DNA of 64,000 nucleotides from Candidatus Poseidoniaceae archaeon (GTDB lineage: Archaea; Thermoplasmatota; Poseidoniia; Poseidoniales; Poseidoniaceae). Under the pieces are notes generated by a model. It saw only the letters and a program-made list of their open reading frames with translations, was not told where the DNA came from and ran no database searches. This document shows positions 49,400 to 59,240 of the stretch, piece by piece (position 1 is the first letter of the stretch; every line of letters begins with the position of its first letter). The position numbers were made by a program, and so were the translations under genes. The stretch covers positions 42,346-106,345 of the forward strand of contig CBFIJH010000007.1 in assembly GCA_965662895.1 (NCBI GenBank). The letters run 5' to 3'.

Positions 49400-49819
49400 T
49401 TATTCGACCAGTCGTCGTAATTCTTCCACACTTCGTACTTCAGCAAGATAGATTTGTTCGATTGCATCGTACAACTCGGTATCTCCTGCATCCTCAATCA
49501 ATTCCATCAAATCGCCGTAGACTTCGGCTGCCTTTGTTTCGGTTTTGAGTGATTCAGAGAGCATATCCAGATAAGACGAAACGTGCTCAATGGGTGTTTG
49601 ATTTCGTTCCGTTACTGCAACACCACCGAGCTTTACAATCGCCGAGCGGACGATGTTCGAATGAACCATCGATTCGTTTGCCTCAGAAGTAAAGTGGGGC
49701 TCAAGTTGCAATCTATGGATTCCTCGGATGTATGCTGCATAGTGTGCATACATGTTGATGGCTCGCAATTCCCATCCGAGCGCTTCGTTGAGTTTTGCAA
49801 TCAAATGGTCGGTTGTCAT
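49400..49819 (-). CDS. Ferritin-like (bacterioferritin-related) protein
   Basis: LNEALGWELRAINMY, ESMVH...IVKLGG, ETKAAEVY four-helix bundle pattern. Confidence 0.8.
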   Translation of the reverse strand: MTTDHLIAKLNEALGWELRAINMYAHYAAYIRGIHRLQLEPHFTSEANESMVHSNIVRSAIVKLGGVAVTERNQTPIEHVSSYLDMLSESLKTETKAAEVYGDLMELIEDAGDTELYDAIEQIYLAEVRSVEELRRLVE

Positions 49820-49852
49820 CGTGTAGATGCTTGTGATGCTTCCACTTAAACC

Positions 49853-50230
49853 TCAGGTTGAGGCAACAAATGTTTCAGAAAATTTCCAACCAAGGAATGC
49901 AACCATTGGACAAAGAAGCATTGTCATGCCAACATATCCTGCAGCAAGACCGGTTTGCTGATCTTCAATGAGTCGGATTGTTTCAACCGAGAAAGCCGAC
50001 ATGGTTGTCAATCCACCGAGCAACCCGGTTCCAAGAAGGAGTGCCAAATCTTTGGAAATTAATTGTTCAGCAAGACCAATTGCAAGTGCGCCCATCAGGA
50101 AGGAGCCAACGATGTTGACGCAGAGTGTTGCCCAAGGAAAACCGTCGTTGGAAACCCACTCCGAGGTCAAGTACCGTAGGGTTGCACCCAATCCACCGCC
50201 CAATGCGACCATCAAAACCTGTTGCAGCAT
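49853..50230 (-). CDS. crcB: Fluoride channel FluC/CrcB
   Basis: GGGLGATLRY, FPWATLCVNIVGSF, GTGLLGGLTTMSAFS.E. Confidence 0.92.
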   Translation of the reverse strand: MLQQVLMVALGGGLGATLRYLTSEWVSNDGFPWATLCVNIVGSFLMGALAIGLAEQLISKDLALLLGTGLLGGLTTMSAFSVETIRLIEDQQTGLAAGYVGMTMLLCPMVAFLGWKFSETFVAST

Positions 50231-50314
50231 GCCACCGGCTTGGTAATGAAGACCTTGAAGTTCGTGATTGATTGAAACCGAAAAGCCATCAATGGGGCGC
50301 GTTAAGAACAAGCC

Positions 50315-50935
50315 ATGCGCATCGTTTGGTTCATGACGGGAAATCCAGGGAAAGTCCGAGAAGCGAAGCATGCTCTTGAACCGCTGGGTTATGATGTGAA
50401 GCAATTACGGGTTGAGGGGGTTGAACTCATTGAACCTCAATGCGATGATTTGGAAATCGTCGCACGCTCAAAACTTGAACAGGCGAAACGCTTCCTACCC
50501 GATCCACATGATGCCCTTCTGGTTGAGGATGCAGGATTGTTCGTTGACGAACTCAGCGGCTTTCCCGGCGTTTACTCTGCGTATGCATTGGAGACGATTG
50601 GATGTGAAGGTGTCCTCAACCTGATTGATGGAAAACCATCGCGAGGTGCACAGTTTGAGGCTGTCGCAGCGCTCGTTCTCGGAGATATGACGCATGTTTC
50701 TCGAGGCGTTTGCAGAGGTTCAATCGCCTCACTTATGAGCGGAAACAAAGGTTTTGGATTCGATCCAATCTTTGTTCCAGATGACATCATTCAAGACGAT
50801 GCAATCACGACAACCAACGGCTTGACCTTTGCGGATGTCGACCTTTCAATAAAGGAGCAATTCAGTCATCGGCGAAAAGCGTTGAATGGTCTTGTCGAGT
50901 TGCTCTCAACATCCGAGACGGCATCATCGTCATAA
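50315..50935 (+). CDS. rdgB: Non-canonical purine NTP pyrophosphatase (RdgB/HAM1)
   Basis: TGNPGKVRE, VEDAGL, GFPGVYS, GFGFDPIF, K...SHRRKA. Confidence 0.93.
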   Translation: MRIVWFMTGNPGKVREAKHALEPLGYDVKQLRVEGVELIEPQCDDLEIVARSKLEQAKRFLPDPHDALLVEDAGLFVDELSGFPGVYSAYALETIGCEGVLNLIDGKPSRGAQFEAVAALVLGDMTHVSRGVCRGSIASLMSGNKGFGFDPIFVPDDIIQDDAITTTNGLTFADVDLSIKEQFSHRRKALNGLVELLSTSETASSS

Positions 50936-50964
50936 GCAGGGAGTTCTTGGGTGGAGCGATAGGC

Positions 50965-51873
50965 ATGGGATTCCTACGTAACACAATCGCATTGGCGTTT
51001 GTTGCGACCTTGCTGTTCTATTTTTTCACGCTCGGACAATTGGAAGAAAACCAACAGTGGATTGTTATTGGTACGATGGTTGTTCTCGGTCTCGTTTTCA
51101 TCCTTTCAGGATCGCCGTCGTTTGAACTTCCACAACAACCTGTATCAGAATCGTTACCGATACAGCAAGAAAGCGCTGTCGAAGGCCAAGCCGACGTCGT
51201 TTCAACGGAAGCGACAACACCCGAACCTAAGGCAACAAAGACCATGACGCTGAAGGAGCGTAAAGCAGCGAAGATTCTCGCTGCAAAGGAAGCGCAACGT
51301 GCTGCAATGGCTGCAGCAAACGGTGATGAGGACGAATCCATGGAGGTGTTGCCCATCGTTGAAGTTGAAACCGTCCACGTCGCTGACGAATACGTTGTTG
51401 AAGTCAGTCCCGAATCTGTAGAGGAAGCGGACATCCAGATGACGGTCCAAGAGCGTGCATCAAAGCACAACGAAATACGCGCCCGAATTGAAGCACGTCG
51501 CCGCTCACAAATGGCAGACATTCGCGCTTCAACCTCTCGCATGTGGGAAGAAAACGTTGTTCGAGAGGACCTCGTATCCGTGTTGCAAAACGAAGGGCAT
51601 GGCCTAACGGTCCTTGATGAACCTCTCAACCCAGATCCAGGCCACATCTACGGTGCTACATTTATCCGAATCGACGATCAACGAATTCTAAAGTATCGCT
51701 CGCAACTTGATTCTGGGTTTGAAGCCGTCATTTCGACCAAACCAGAACTTGAGCCCTTACCAACTGATCTTCCTCCTTTGATTGGTCCGGATGGAAATCC
51801 ACTTCCGCTTCCAGACCTTCCAAGTCCTTCCGGTGCGCTTGCAGCACTGAAAATGGAAATGGACGAAGACTGA
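50965..51873 (+). CDS. Two-TM membrane-anchored protein with acidic, helical and Pro-rich cytoplasmic region
   Basis: Two N-terminal hydrophobic helices, charged low-complexity remainder. Confidence 0.7.
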   Translation: MGFLRNTIALAFVATLLFYFFTLGQLEENQQWIVIGTMVVLGLVFILSGSPSFELPQQPVSESLPIQQESAVEGQADVVSTEATTPEPKATKTMTLKERKAAKILAAKEAQRAAMAAANGDEDESMEVLPIVEVETVHVADEYVVEVSPESVEEADIQMTVQERASKHNEIRARIEARRRSQMADIRASTSRMWEENVVREDLVSVLQNEGHGLTVLDEPLNPDPGHIYGATFIRIDDQRILKYRSQLDSGFEAVISTKPELEPLPTDLPPLIGPDGNPLPLPDLPSPSGALAALKMEMDED

Positions 51874-51882
51874 GGCTTGTTG

Positions 51883-52587
51883 ATGGAAGCAGTCGCTCGT
51901 TCAACGTCGAAACAACGGGCCTTCATCGGACTTCTTCTCGTTGCTCTTGCACCAACCGTTTCCGTTCTGACAAGTTTTGCACTCAAAACTGGAATTGTGG
52001 GCGGTTTTGTCTTTGTCTTCACGAAACTGTGGATGTTTGGACTACCAGCGTATTGGTATCTCAAAGTGGAAGGTGGTGAACGCTCCTACTCCATGCCAAA
52101 GAATGGAGGCTGGATGGCTGCGACACTCCTCGGTCTTGGAACCATTGTCGTGATTGGAATCGCCTATTTTGTTCTCGGTGATCGGGTCCTTCGAAGCGAA
52201 GATTTGTATGCCATTCTTGACCCATATGGTCTTACAGTGCCTTGGAAGCTTGCTCTAGGAATTGCATTTTGGATTTTTATCAATTCTGTTTTGGAAGAAT
52301 ACGTGTTTCGTTGGTTCATCACTTCAAAACTTGAACAGCTTGTTGGTGGAACCTGGCTTCCTATTCTCCTTTCTGCAGGCATCTTCACGCTCCATCACAC
52401 GATTGCTCTGTCGTTTTTTATCGATCCATTAGGAAACGCTCTAGCATCGTTGGGCGTGTTTATCGGCGGTGTCATCTTCTCATGGCTCTATGTCCAATAT
52501 CGGAGCATTTGGGTGGCTTGGGTTGCCCATGCTCTTGCAGATGTGGCAGTTTTCGCCGTTGCCTGGCATTTGATTGTTGGATTCTAA
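51883..52587 (+). CDS. CPBP family (CAAX/Abi) intramembrane glutamic protease
   Basis: LEEYVFR, FTLHH, AHALAD motifs. Confidence 0.9.
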   Translation: MEAVARSTSKQRAFIGLLLVALAPTVSVLTSFALKTGIVGGFVFVFTKLWMFGLPAYWYLKVEGGERSYSMPKNGGWMAATLLGLGTIVVIGIAYFVLGDRVLRSEDLYAILDPYGLTVPWKLALGIAFWIFINSVLEEYVFRWFITSKLEQLVGGTWLPILLSAGIFTLHHTIALSFFIDPLGNALASLGVFIGGVIFSWLYVQYRSIWVAWVAHALADVAVFAVAWHLIVGF

Positions 52588-53430
52588 TCACTTGTGCTTC
52601 CAATGAGCTTTTTCACGGTTGAGAAATGCTTTGACACCGATTTCCTTGTCTTCAGTATCGAACAATCCTGCGAAGGCTTTGGCCTCTGTTGCGACACCAT
52701 CCGTAAGTCCTTCATCGAGTGCAGAGCGAAGCGTCTGTTTTGCAACACGGAGTGTGCTGCTTGATTTGGTGGCGACAAGGGAGGCCATCTCCAATGCCTT
52801 TTGTTTCAATTCATCAGCCTCAACAACATGGTTGACAAGACCAATACGATGTGCTTCTCCCGCATCGATCATCTCACCAGTGTACACCAATTCGAGGGCT
52901 TTTCCATAACCGAGCAAGGAAACGAGCCGTTGGGTACCACCGTATCCTGGTATGAGTCCGAGGTTAATTTCAGGTGTTCCAAACTTCGATCGAGTACTCG
53001 CGATACGAATGTCACATGAGCAGGCAACTTCGAGACCGCCACCGAGAGAGAACCCATCGACCATAGCAATGGTTGGTTTGCTTAAGTTCCACAATGCTTC
53101 AATCGCATTGTTCGTGAATTTCACGGTAATTTCTTCGCTTCCAGCTCCAAGAAATTCGGTAATGTCTGCGCCTGCAACGAACGCGTTGGGTTTTGCTCGC
53201 TTCCCTTCTTCAGGCTCGAGCGGTTGTGCGCCGGTCACAACGATGCACCGGACCAATGCTTCGGATTCAGCCCATGCAACCATTTCCTTCATCGCTGAAG
53301 TCACATCAGCATTGAGTGCATTCAACTTATTTGGCCGATTGATTGTTACCAAAGCAACAACTGTTCCGTCGTCGCATGCTTCAACAGGAATCGTTTCAAT
53401 GGTCAGGACATCGTGATGAGGGGGCGTCAT
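52588..53430 (-). CDS. Enoyl-CoA hydratase/isomerase
   Basis: NRPNKLNALN, FVAGADI, LGGGLE, PEINLGLIPGYGGTQRL. Confidence 0.92.
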   Translation of the reverse strand: MTPPHHDVLTIETIPVEACDDGTVVALVTINRPNKLNALNADVTSAMKEMVAWAESEALVRCIVVTGAQPLEPEEGKRAKPNAFVAGADITEFLGAGSEEITVKFTNNAIEALWNLSKPTIAMVDGFSLGGGLEVACSCDIRIASTRSKFGTPEINLGLIPGYGGTQRLVSLLGYGKALELVYTGEMIDAGEAHRIGLVNHVVEADELKQKALEMASLVATKSSSTLRVAKQTLRSALDEGLTDGVATEAKAFAGLFDTEDKEIGVKAFLNREKAHWKHK

Positions 53431-53524
53431 GGATTTGGCACGCAAAGGGAGTTCAAGAGTCCACCGATGCATCGCTTAGGTGGTTCAAGCAAGCAATGAA
53501 AACCCCAAGATGGTTGGTCATCAT

Positions 53525-54307
53525 ATGGGCGAAAACGCACAACCCCTCGTACGCGCAGTGGACATGGGCAAGCGTTACGGAGAATTCGTAGCACTTCATC
53601 CTCTCAATGTTGAAGTTCATTCTGGAGAATTTTTCGGCGTTTTTGGACCGAACGGTGCAGGAAAATCGACGTTCATCAAACTCCTTACCGGTCAGTTGCA
53701 ACCATCGATTGGCCAGATCGAAGTGCTGGGGGTCAATGCACGAGAATCTCCTCAGAAATTGAAGGCAAACATTGGCATTGTACCCGAGTCTGAATCACCA
53801 CCTTCGTTCTTGACCCCTACCGAATTTCTTCAGTTTGTGGCTCGATTACGAGGTCTTGAGAATCTTGAGGAACAGGTTGAGTATTGGCTCGATTGGTTTG
53901 GTATGCAAGAAAAACGAGACACAATGTGCAAAGATTTGTCGAAAGGCCAGCGGCAGAAAGTCATGCTTGCCTCGGCGTTTATTCACAAACCCAAATTGCT
54001 GTTCCTTGATGAACCGTTTGCAAATCTCGATCCAATCTATCAACGAAAATGCAGAGAGTGGTTGCTGGACCATGTCGCCAAAGGAGGGACAATATTCCTC
54101 TGTTCCCACGTTCTCGAGATGGCTGAGCGCATGTGCAATCGCATGGCGATTATCAACCACGGGCGTGTCCTTGCTGCTGGAACTGTTAAAGGCCTCAAAG
54201 AATCAGAGAACGAAACGCTTGAGGACGTTTTCATCCGATTGGTTGGGCACTCCATCGAAGAAGTCGAACGTCATTCAGAGGAAGGAATCACTACCGAGGA
54301 GGAATGA
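53525..54307 (+). CDS. ABC transporter ATP-binding protein
   Basis: Walker A GPNGAGKST, signature LSKGQ, Walker B LFLDEP, H-loop CSH. Confidence 0.95.
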   Translation: MGENAQPLVRAVDMGKRYGEFVALHPLNVEVHSGEFFGVFGPNGAGKSTFIKLLTGQLQPSIGQIEVLGVNARESPQKLKANIGIVPESESPPSFLTPTEFLQFVARLRGLENLEEQVEYWLDWFGMQEKRDTMCKDLSKGQRQKVMLASAFIHKPKLLFLDEPFANLDPIYQRKCREWLLDHVAKGGTIFLCSHVLEMAERMCNRMAIINHGRVLAAGTVKGLKESENETLEDVFIRLVGHSIEEVERHSEEGITTEEE

Positions 54308-56010
54308 AGTTGTCGTCCTCCACCATCGTCTCTCGCGAGTGGGATGATGTTGTTGGAATGGAACACCCTTCGGAGACATCGCTTGGAACATCAACAGGTG
54401 GCGTTCAGCTTCTTGTACCGCAGCGTGGTTTTGCGGCTTTTTCAACGACTTTCCGTTACATGTTTCGCGAAGAGTGGAGAGAAAACATCGACTTTGCAAA
54501 GAAACGGCAAGTCGTTTTGTTCCCGCTTCTCCTGACACTCGTGACCATGGTCACAACAATCGGTTTGCAATTTCTCGTCGGTGATTCTGCAGCCCAATCC
54601 TCGAATATGGAAACAAAATCGTTCACTTGGGATCAACTTCGCTTCGGTTTGCATCTTCCATTGCTGTTCTTCAGTCTTGGAATGGGGACCTTTGCGTTTC
54701 GGGGCCGTGAAGCGATTTCCCAGCGTGATGGCAACAAGAACCACTTGATTGCAGCTCCCGCCATTCAACCGTTGCCAAATTCTATGGCACACTATGCCTT
54801 TTTTGTCAAGGAATTGGTGTATTACGCTCTCCTCATTCTTACCCCGATCATCATCGGAATGTCGTTCGGTATTTTGCTTGGTGAATTCGGAGCGATTACA
54901 ACACCGCTCAAATGGTCCTCATTACCGTGGACCTGGTTGGCGATGTTCACGACCATTGCCCAAGGTTTGGCGATTTCATTTCTCGCCTCGTCGTTGTGGA
55001 TGCGTGGACGTCCGTTTACAATTCTTGGTCCAATTGGAATCGTTTTTCTTGGTATATCTGTTGGAATCGGTTTAATCGATTTTGACCTCGGACTATGGGG
55101 GCTGGCCATTCAACGTGAACAAGCGGTTTGGATTGTTCTTGCAGCCCTGATTGGGTGTGCACTTGTCGGATTGGTTTCCGCCGTTCTTATTCTCGATGAT
55201 TTTGAGGCAAAAGTCATTGAGCACGCTGATCTCTTCGAGCCGTTTTATCGAAGATTGAACTTCCTCGGTAAAGGTGAAGTCCGTCTCTTAGTCGCTAAAG
55301 AATTCGTTGATTTACGACGTTCTGGTGCGCTCAAGAAAATGACCGTCTCCTATTCGATTCCGTTGTTGGTTCTGCTCGGTATGGCATGGCTGGTTGATTT
55401 CGCTGAAGCACCTATTCCAATCAATTTGCTTTCCTATGCCCCGTTCTTGGGCTTCTTCGGTTTCAATTTCTATTCCTGGCTGACCGCGCTCGATTCACCA
55501 GATTTCATGAACGGTTTGCCTCTAAGTGTTCCACAGTTGATTCGGGCAAAGGTGGTCGTCTATTTCCTTGCAACGTCCTGGATATCGCTCCTTTTCCTTG
55601 TCGTTATGGCTTGGCGTCTTGACGAGTGGGGCGCTTTACCAATCGGGCTGATCATTATGTTTGCGAACTCAATTTACATCGTCGCACTTACCGCATTCCT
55701 GATGGGATTGCGACCGAACAAAGCCATCTTCGATGGAGCCATCATGACCAAGTTTTGGATTGGAACAGTCTTCCCACTCTTGATGCTCTTCCTTCTCTCG
55801 TTCACACAGGGTGATACTGAATTCTATCAGAACTGGTTTAGTCAGGTTCGAGAAAACGGTCTCGATGCTGAATCTGTGACGTTTGACAGTGAACAAATGC
55901 AACAAGGATTCTGGGGCATGCTTGGCGTCTCACTTGCACTGATTGGAGCAAGTGGCTTGCTTTGGAAACTGATGGACCGCCGTTGGGGCAAATCGCCCTT
56001 CGATAACTAA
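54304..56010 (+). CDS. Probable ABC exporter permease (about 12-13 TMs)
   Basis: Polytopic membrane protein directly after the ABC ATPase. Start 54304 (ATGA overlap) or 54358. Confidence 0.7.
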   Translation: MKLSSSTIVSREWDDVVGMEHPSETSLGTSTGGVQLLVPQRGFAAFSTTFRYMFREEWRENIDFAKKRQVVLFPLLLTLVTMVTTIGLQFLVGDSAAQSSNMETKSFTWDQLRFGLHLPLLFFSLGMGTFAFRGREAISQRDGNKNHLIAAPAIQPLPNSMAHYAFFVKELVYYALLILTPIIIGMSFGILLGEFGAITTPLKWSSLPWTWLAMFTTIAQGLAISFLASSLWMRGRPFTILGPIGIVFLGISVGIGLIDFDLGLWGLAIQREQAVWIVLAALIGCALVGLVSAVLILDDFEAKVIEHADLFEPFYRRLNFLGKGEVRLLVAKEFVDLRRSGALKKMTVSYSIPLLVLLGMAWLVDFAEAPIPINLLSYAPFLGFFGFNFYSWLTALDSPDFMNGLPLSVPQLIRAKVVVYFLATSWISLLFLVVMAWRLDEWGALPIGLIIMFANSIYIVALTAFLMGLRPNKAIFDGAIMTKFWIGTVFPLLMLFLLSFTQGDTEFYQNWFSQVRENGLDAESVTFDSEQMQQGFWGMLGVSLALIGASGLLWKLMDRRWGKSPFDN

Positions 56011-56045
56011 CAACATTGATGAGGCCTCGTCACAGCGTTTCAAGC

Positions 56046-56594
56046 ATGCGTCGAGTTCTCGCAGTTTGTGGTATGCCGGGCTCTGGCAAAGGCGAGTTCG
56101 CTCAAGTCTTCATGAATGCAGGAATTCCTGTTCGTTCGATGGGCGATATGGTGCGCGAGGAAGTCGCAAAGCGAGAACTTGAGGTGGTTCCAGAAGTGTT
56201 TGGTCAAGTCGCCTCCGATCTACGCCGAGAGTTTGGTGAGGATGTTCTTGCAGTTCGTTTGACTGCGGCTGTTGATGAACTTTTGAACGAACATCCACTC
56301 GTCTTGATCGATGGTTTGCGAGGAACTGCAGAATACGACGTGTTCAAATCAACGTGGGGCGATGTCTTCCAATCGGTGGCCATCCACACCGACAAGGAAC
56401 TTCGCTTTGCTCGAATGATGGCGCGTGGACGCGATGAGGATGGCGGTATCGCCACCTTTGAAGCCCGCGACGAGCGGGAAAAAGGATGGGGCTTGGAGGA
56501 ACTGATCGATTCAGCCGACATCCTTGTCGAGAACAACGATGATTTGGTTCAATTTCAAAATCAAATTCGAACATGGTTGGCAACACTTATCTAA
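56046..56594 (+). CDS. Archaeal NMP-kinase-like P-loop protein (UPF0200 / dephospho-CoA kinase-like)
   Basis: VCGMPGSGKG, SMGDMVRE, IDGLR, RGRDED, RDEREKGWG. Confidence 0.8.
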   Translation: MRRVLAVCGMPGSGKGEFAQVFMNAGIPVRSMGDMVREEVAKRELEVVPEVFGQVASDLRREFGEDVLAVRLTAAVDELLNEHPLVLIDGLRGTAEYDVFKSTWGDVFQSVAIHTDKELRFARMMARGRDEDGGIATFEARDEREKGWGLEELIDSADILVENNDDLVQFQNQIRTWLATLI

Positions 56595-56671
56595 GCCTCT
56601 TGCCATCGTTTGGCAACCAAAGGTTATAGTCGGGCGCAACCTGTCAAGGAATGCCTCGGCGGTGATTTGTT

Positions 56672-58198
56672 ATGGCTAGAAAGAAAGGTGGGGGCAAACG
56701 AAGCCGGCAAAGAGCACAACAGCGTGCACAGTACGACGAACTTGACAAGTACCCGGTCATGCCGCCTCATGCCTTTGCGCGCATCGTTCGTGACAAGCGA
56801 ACACTCAACATCATTTACCAAATCATTGAACCTCCAATGACCAAAAAAGAACAGGAGCAACGAGAAGAAATTATGGACATTTTCATCCGTTCGCTCACCG
56901 CCAACATCGAAGAGATCGATGGAAACCCAGAGGCTTACTTGCGAACAGCGATGGACAAGGTCATCAAATCGTACGGAATGAAGATCACAAAGAAATCGAA
57001 ATCCAAGTTGTTCTATTACATTCGACGTGACCTGATTGGCTACGGTCAAATGGACGTTCTCATGAACGATGCGAACGTTGAGGATATTTCACTCGATGGA
57101 ACCGGAGTCCCAATTTTCGCTTATCACCGAAAATTCGAGTCGGTGGAGACGACCTGCGTTTGGGATACGGACGAAGCCCTCGAATCGTATGTCATCAAAC
57201 TTGCACAACGCTGTGGTAAGCACATTTCTGTTGCCGATCCGCTGCTGGACGCGACACTGATGGACGGTTCACGAATCGTCATGAAACTCGGTCGCGAAGT
57301 TTCAACGCGTGGCTCTGCTTTCTGTATTCGACGATTCAAGGACGACCCGTTCTCCCCGGCGGACATTGTAGCATTCCGAACCATGTCATCGCTCATGGTT
57401 GCATATCTGTGGATTGCTTTCCAAAACGAAGTTCCGATGTTGTTCGTCGGAGGTACCGCTTCTGGAAAGACAACGACTTTGAACGCAATGTGCATTTTCA
57501 TTCCATGGCAGATGAAGATTGTTTCAATCGAGTCCACCCGTGAAGTCAACATCCCTCAACCAAACTGGGTCCCAGGTCTGACCAGACAAGGATTTGGTGG
57601 AGAATCGAGCGAAGGTGAAATCGGAGAGTTCGAGTTGTTGAAAGCGGCGTTACGTGAACGGCCTGAATACATCATCGTGGGTGAGATTCGTGGTGCTGAG
57701 GCATACGTTCTGTTCCAAGCGATGGCAACAGGTCACTGTGCATATTCAACGGTCCACGCTGACTCTGTACCATCCCTTGTTCACCGACTGGAGAACAAGC
57801 CGATTGACATTCCTCGTGTTCTTTTGCCTGCTCTTGAAGCGTGTGCGATTCAGATTCAAACCCGTATCAATGGTCGTCGTGTCCGACGTACAAAGCAAAT
57901 CGTCGAGATTGTTGGAATTGATCCAAATTCACTGGAAATCATCACCAATGAAGTGTTCCGATGGGATGTCTCATCCGATGATTTCATCTTCAGTGGAAAA
58001 TCCTACGTTCTCGAGAAGATTATGGTCAAAATCAACTTTTCACAAGACGAGATGCGGCGTGAGCTTCGAACACGCAAGCGTATTCTTGAGTGGCTCGTTC
58101 TCAACGATATTCGAAAAGCGGACCAAGTGTCGCAAATTGTCACGGAATACTACGTCCGTCCGAATGAAGTTCTCGCTCGTGTTGACGGTCTGCGTTGA
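56672..58198 (+). CDS. Archaeal type IV pilus assembly ATPase (PilB/FlaI/TadA family)
   Basis: EDIS, DATLMDGSR, IRRF, Walker A GGTASGKTT, ALRERPEYIIVGEIRGAEA, AMATGH...STVHA. Confidence 0.93.
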   Translation: MARKKGGGKRSRQRAQQRAQYDELDKYPVMPPHAFARIVRDKRTLNIIYQIIEPPMTKKEQEQREEIMDIFIRSLTANIEEIDGNPEAYLRTAMDKVIKSYGMKITKKSKSKLFYYIRRDLIGYGQMDVLMNDANVEDISLDGTGVPIFAYHRKFESVETTCVWDTDEALESYVIKLAQRCGKHISVADPLLDATLMDGSRIVMKLGREVSTRGSAFCIRRFKDDPFSPADIVAFRTMSSLMVAYLWIAFQNEVPMLFVGGTASGKTTTLNAMCIFIPWQMKIVSIESTREVNIPQPNWVPGLTRQGFGGESSEGEIGEFELLKAALRERPEYIIVGEIRGAEAYVLFQAMATGHCAYSTVHADSVPSLVHRLENKPIDIPRVLLPALEACAIQIQTRINGRRVRRTKQIVEIVGIDPNSLEIITNEVFRWDVSSDDFIFSGKSYVLEKIMVKINFSQDEMRRELRTRKRILEWLVLNDIRKADQVSQIVTEYYVRPNEVLARVDGLR

Positions 58199-58207
58199 GG
58201 TGAAACC

Positions 58208-59227
58208 ATGGATTTAACTGCTTGGCAACGCATCTGTCACCGACTCCTCGGTGGTTTCTTCAAGAAGCGTGCTCGAGCCGACAAAGAACTCTCTGACAAC
58301 CTCGTCAAAGCATCGATTCCAATGATGCCTGAGGTGTACATGGCAACGGTGTTTGTAACGACATTCGTCATATCTGCCCTTGGTGTAGGTTTTGTTGCCC
58401 TGTTCTTCGTTCCTGAAATCGGTGTCATCGATTTGTGGGAAAGTCAAGCTGATCCTGCCAGTCAAGCACCGTGCAGGGAATGGGAATACTGGTATCCTGA
58501 CCTTATCGATGAATCAAAGCCTGGAAATGGCTGTCCGGACTACAAGACCCAGGTTTTCCCGCCGATTCTCAAGGTGCTTCTCGTTGTAATTGGAGGAATC
58601 ATCATTCCATTTGCAGCATGGAAATACAACAAGAGCGGTGCTGAACGTGAAGCGAAACGAAGAGGCGATATGATTGAGAAATATCTGCCATATGCTGCTT
58701 CTTACACTGCTGCGATGTCTGCAGCAAACGCCACGCCTGCCAAGATTTTCCGGTCGCTTGCGATGAACAAAGACATCTACGGCGACGTTGCCGACGATGC
58801 AGCGATGGTGTACAGGGACGTTACGCTCCTCGGTTATGACTTGATTACTGCCATGAAATTAAGCGTCGATCGGGCTGCATCCGTATGGTTGACCGAATTC
58901 TTCCAAGGAATGGTCGGAACGCTTACTGCCGGTGGTCAGTTGAAACTCTACTTCCTCAACCGTGCAGAGCACTACATGCGTGAAAACAGAACGCGTCTTG
59001 GCCAATTCCTTGAGTCCATTGCCTTGTTGGCTGAATCCTACATTGTTGTCGCTGTCGCAATGCCGCTGTTCTTGATTGTCATGCTTGTCATTATGTTCTG
59101 GGTTTCTGGTTCAGGTGCTGAAATGTCCGAAGGTATGCTCTATGGAATCGTTCTTGGGTTTATTCCAATGATTCACGTTGCATACGCTGTTCTTGTTTAC
59201 ACGTCCAGCAAGGAGCAAGAGATGTAG
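58208..59227 (+). CDS. Type IV pilus platform protein (T2SSF/TadC-like) 1
   Basis: IEKYLPYAASY, IFRSLA...YGDVA, GYDLITAM, EFFQG...GGQLKLY, LAESYI. Confidence 0.85.
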   Translation: MDLTAWQRICHRLLGGFFKKRARADKELSDNLVKASIPMMPEVYMATVFVTTFVISALGVGFVALFFVPEIGVIDLWESQADPASQAPCREWEYWYPDLIDESKPGNGCPDYKTQVFPPILKVLLVVIGGIIIPFAAWKYNKSGAEREAKRRGDMIEKYLPYAASYTAAMSAANATPAKIFRSLAMNKDIYGDVADDAAMVYRDVTLLGYDLITAMKLSVDRAASVWLTEFFQGMVGTLTAGGQLKLYFLNRAEHYMRENRTRLGQFLESIALLAESYIVVAVAMPLFLIVMLVIMFWVSGSGAEMSEGMLYGIVLGFIPMIHVAYAVLVYTSSKEQEM

Positions 59228-59240
59228 GGGGTGACGGTAC

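Noticed and set aside
50231-50314. Possible fluoride riboswitch upstream of crcB
   Set aside because: A GATGG is present, but the paired stem and pseudoknot consensus could not be built. An Infernal search with the Rfam crcB model would settle it.
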